Source: an uncultured Gemmatimonadales bacterium (GTDB lineage: Bacteria > Gemmatimonadota > Gemmatimonadetes > Longimicrobiales > Longimicrobiaceae). From it: a stretch of DNA of 64,000 nucleotides. The notes under the pieces are model-generated. The model ran no database searches. It had not been told where the DNA came from and saw only the letters and a program-made list of their open reading frames with translations. Shown piece by piece: positions 61,367 to 64,000 of the stretch (its first letter is position 1; each line of letters opens with the position of its first letter). The DNA lies in the NCBI GenBank assembly GCA_963716255.1, contig OY970303.1, forward strand, positions 4,704,001-4,768,000, given 5' to 3'. Both the position numbers and the translations under genes were made by a program.

Positions 61367-61746
61367 CGGCAGTTCGCAATCCTGCTTCCCATGCCCTCAA
61401 ACCCAAGGAGGCATGGCGCTACCAGAGCCTGCTGGACTTGACTCTCGGTGTGTCAACCAGTCCAGGGCAACACTGCAACCACCGTCTGTACGAGGTGCGG
61501 AGAAGGCGAAGCTCCGGGCAGCCTGTGCTTGACATCGGCATTGAGCCGCCCCATGCTCCTCGCCAGGGTAGTCCAGCGGATCCGTCTCGGCGCTTTCGAG
61601 CACCCGCCAGATCTGCTCAGGAGTGCTTTGGCGGGCCCCCACTCCTTGCAAAAAAGGAGGGGGCATATTGACGATCGAAGTGTGCCCGGCGATGGGATGA
61701 TGGGTCGCACGCATAGGGCTCCGATGCGCGTACCTGCGCAGCGGTT

Positions 61747-62031
61747 TTAGTGGCGTTCGCGGGAGAACTGGTTTCGGATCCATGTGGATTCGAGATGCCA
61801 GTCCGGGACGGAGAAGCCGATCTCCGTACGACAAAACTCTGACCATGCCGCCGATTCGTCTGCATAGATGATCGGTGCACCGTCCAGCGGGTGTAGTCGG
61901 ACCGCACAACGCTCGTCAAGGTAGGCAACAGTTGCCGTCGAGTCATTGGCATCCGTGGAGCACGAAGGCTCCACCCACCCGGGGAACCTTCGCAAAACAT
62001 CCAGCTCGCAAGCTTTCCAGTACCGTGGCAT
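61747..62031 (-). CDS. Small hypothetical protein (94 aa)
   Basis: GGAAGGAG RBS before ATG 62031; protein-like sequence MPRYWKACELDVLRRFPGWVEP...AWSEFCRTEIGFSVPDW. Confidence 0.6.
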   Translation of the reverse strand: MPRYWKACELDVLRRFPGWVEPSCSTDANDSTATVAYLDERCAVRLHPLDGAPIIYADESAAWSEFCRTEIGFSVPDWHLESTWIRNQFSRERH

Positions 62032-62335
62032 GGGTTGGATCTCCTTCCGAGATGAGGTGTCGAGGCGATCAATTGGCAGCCCCCGGGGTGTATCGATGGC
62101 CCGCCTGCGTGAGTGGAACATCGTAGTGAATCGATTTCCTGGAAGTCATCGCGGGGCGGCATTAAATGCACCTCACCCCACTGCGTCCGGCGTGCCTACG
62201 AACACCAATTCTCCTGCAGCGCCGGCTGACAGAACGATTCTGCGTCGCACATCGACGGCCCATGCCGCGGCGTTCGACATAGAGTAGTGAACGGCGACCC
62301 CGCTCCTGAACCTGCCCTGCCACCCGGAAGGCACG

Positions 62336-63787
62336 ATGACCGATCATCCCGCAAAGCCAATCCGTCGCCCGATCAGGGGGGAAGTGACCGACCTCGGGGC
62401 CGTGGAGCTCGCCGCGGCAGTACGAGCGCGCCGGATCTCTAGCAGAGAGGTAGTGCAGGCCCATCTCGATCGGATTGAGACGGTCAACCCGCGAGTCAAT
62501 GCGGTGGTCGCTCTTCTCGCTGAGCAAGCCCTGCATGCGGCGGATGCCGCCGACGAGGCCGTCCGCGCCGGCGCAGAGCTCGGACCGCTGCATGGTGTAC
62601 CGTTCAGTGTCAAGGAGGGGCTTGACGTCGCCGGAACGCCGACGACCGACGGTGTGCGGGCGTTCGCCGGGGCAGTTCCATCGATTGACGCTCCCGCCGT
62701 GGCAAACCTCCGTGCATCCGGCGCCATTGTCATCGCGAGAACCAACTTGGCCGACTTCGCTCTGCGGTGGCATACCGAGAGCGAGCTCCACGGCGCGACG
62801 CGCAACCCCATCGACCCCGCCGTGACCCCGGGCGGCTCCAGCGGCGGCGACGCGGTTGCCGTCGCCACCGGGATGGTCGCGTTCGGCGTGGGCCACGACA
62901 TGGGAGGCTCGGTCCGGTGGCCGGCGCAGTGCAACGGCGTGGCTGCCCTGAAGCCGTCGTTCGGCCGGATCCCCGATGCCCGTGACCTCCAGCCCACCGA
63001 GCAGCCGTTGAGCGGCCAGTTCATGGCGGTCGCCGGCCCGATCGCGCGCAGCGTGAGCGACCTGCGGACCCTGCTCGCCGTGATGAGCCGGCCGAGCGCG
63101 CGGGACCCGTGGCACGTCCCCCATGGGTGCGACGTGCCGGCCCTCCGCGCGCCGGTGCGCGTGGCGCTCGCAGCCCGGCCCCCCGGCGCGAAGTGCGCGC
63201 CGGAAGTCGAGCGTGCCGTGCGCTGGGCGGGCAACGCCCTCGCGGACGCGGGCTACATCGTGGAGGAGATCGAGCCCCCGGACACCATGGAGGTCGCGCA
63301 GCTGTGGGTGCGGATCCTGGTCGCGGCGCTGGTCCCGGTCTGGGACGAGCAGCTCAGGCCGCACTGCTCGCCCAACTCCCGGAGGTTCATCGAGGACGCG
63401 ATGACGCGCTATCCGCTCGACCCTCCCGAGGCGCAGTACTCGGCGTGGATGGAGCGCCAGGCGCTGGCGCGGAAGTGGAGCCTGTTCATGGAGCGGTACC
63501 CACTCGTGCTCACCCCCGTCTCCATGGAGCCGCCGTTCGCCGTCGGCGCGGACCTGGAGCCCGGCGCGATCACCTCGCTCGTGAGCGACTTCAGGTATCT
63601 CCTGCCGGCGAACGTCCTCGGGCTCCCCGCGCTCACGGTGCCGGTGCGGCGCGCGGGGAAACGGCCGCAGGCGGTGCAGCTCATCGGGCGCTATCTCCAC
63701 GAAGCCGCGTGCCTGGACGCGGGAGCCGCGCTCGAACGGGCGGGGCTCCCCACGCTGCCGGTGGACCCGGTTCCGGGCGAGCCCTGA
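62336..63787 (+). CDS. Amidase-signature family amidase
   Basis: GPLHGVPFSVKE (catalytic Lys), TPGGSSGG and GHDMGGSVRWPA (Ser-cisSer-Lys triad); ANVLGLPALTVP. Confidence 0.92.
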   Translation: MTDHPAKPIRRPIRGEVTDLGAVELAAAVRARRISSREVVQAHLDRIETVNPRVNAVVALLAEQALHAADAADEAVRAGAELGPLHGVPFSVKEGLDVAGTPTTDGVRAFAGAVPSIDAPAVANLRASGAIVIARTNLADFALRWHTESELHGATRNPIDPAVTPGGSSGGDAVAVATGMVAFGVGHDMGGSVRWPAQCNGVAALKPSFGRIPDARDLQPTEQPLSGQFMAVAGPIARSVSDLRTLLAVMSRPSARDPWHVPHGCDVPALRAPVRVALAARPPGAKCAPEVERAVRWAGNALADAGYIVEEIEPPDTMEVAQLWVRILVAALVPVWDEQLRPHCSPNSRRFIEDAMTRYPLDPPEAQYSAWMERQALARKWSLFMERYPLVLTPVSMEPPFAVGADLEPGAITSLVSDFRYLLPANVLGLPALTVPVRRAGKRPQAVQLIGRYLHEAACLDAGAALERAGLPTLPVDPVPGEP

Positions 63788-63794
63788 ACCGGGC

Positions 63795-63868
63795 CTCGCA
63801 CAGAGACAAAGAGGTACGGGGAGGGAGTGCCCATCTCTCTCCTCCCTTTCTCCGTGTCTCTGTGTGAG
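63795..63868. repeat. REP-like inverted repeat or bidirectional terminator between convergent genes
   Basis: CTCGCACAGAGACAAAGAG (63795-63813) pairs with CTCCGTGTCTCTGTGTGAG (63850-63868) at 16/19 positions, with further GGGAGGGAG/CTCCTCCC pairing inside. Confidence 0.65.
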
Positions 63869-63875
63869 ATCCCTC

Positions 63876-63998
63876 TTAAGTCCGCTCCTTCACGTCCCGG
63901 TCGCGGATCAGCTGGTTCAGGCGTGTCTCGATCTCCTTGCCCACTTCCGTCCACCCGCTCCGCACCGGCTTCATGTCGCGAACCGGCTTCCCCTTTCT
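63876..63998 (-). CDS. 3' end of a gene entering from the right edge, possibly a TIR-like C-terminus (partial)
   Basis: Frame reads RKGKPVRDMKPVRSGWTEVGKEIETRLNQLIRDRDVKERT* with host-like codon usage and stops just before the hairpin. Confidence 0.45.
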   Translation of the reverse strand, partial: RKGKPVRDMKPVRSGWTEVGKEIETRLNQLIRDRDVKERT

Positions 63999-64000
63999 CG

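Noticed and set aside
60975..61750. Several overlapping short ORFs upstream of NRPS 1 (e.g. 60975-61532, 61123-61671)
   Set aside because: No recognisable motifs or clear RBS, atypical codon usage and mutual overlap; treated as non-coding.

Overview
Very GC-rich bacterial DNA with four parts. (1) 1-17986: a glycan/glycolipid-modification cluster with two GNATs, two paralogous glycosyltransferase-like proteins, a NodF/NodE-like ACP + ketosynthase, two left-handed beta-helix acyltransferases, GT2, GT4 and three sulfotransferase-like genes. (2) 7590-12201: a more AT-rich island inside that cluster, bounded by a 67-bp duplication of the GT2 gene start. It carries one ~1048-aa WD40-Roc-COR-Cys4-class III nucleotidyl cyclase (Roco-type) gene, split exactly in its DxAGQ GTPase motif by an IS630 element. 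(3) 18009-60776, minus strand: a ~43-kb four-gene hybrid NRPS/PKS line (11 A domains, 1 PKS module, 1 E domain, 1 N-methyltransferase) with no loading module or thioesterase in view. (4) 60777-64000: an AT-richer region with six GCGACA-N7-TGTCGC palindromes, a small hypothetical gene, an amidase, a REP-like hairpin and the 3' end of another gene. A ~150-nt structured intergenic repeat with compensatory stem changes occurs twice (1240-1393, 13211-13346). Two single-base homopolymer frameshifts (KS gene, hybrid PKS-NRPS) are probably sequencing errors. All calls come from reading motifs by eye; no database searches were run.
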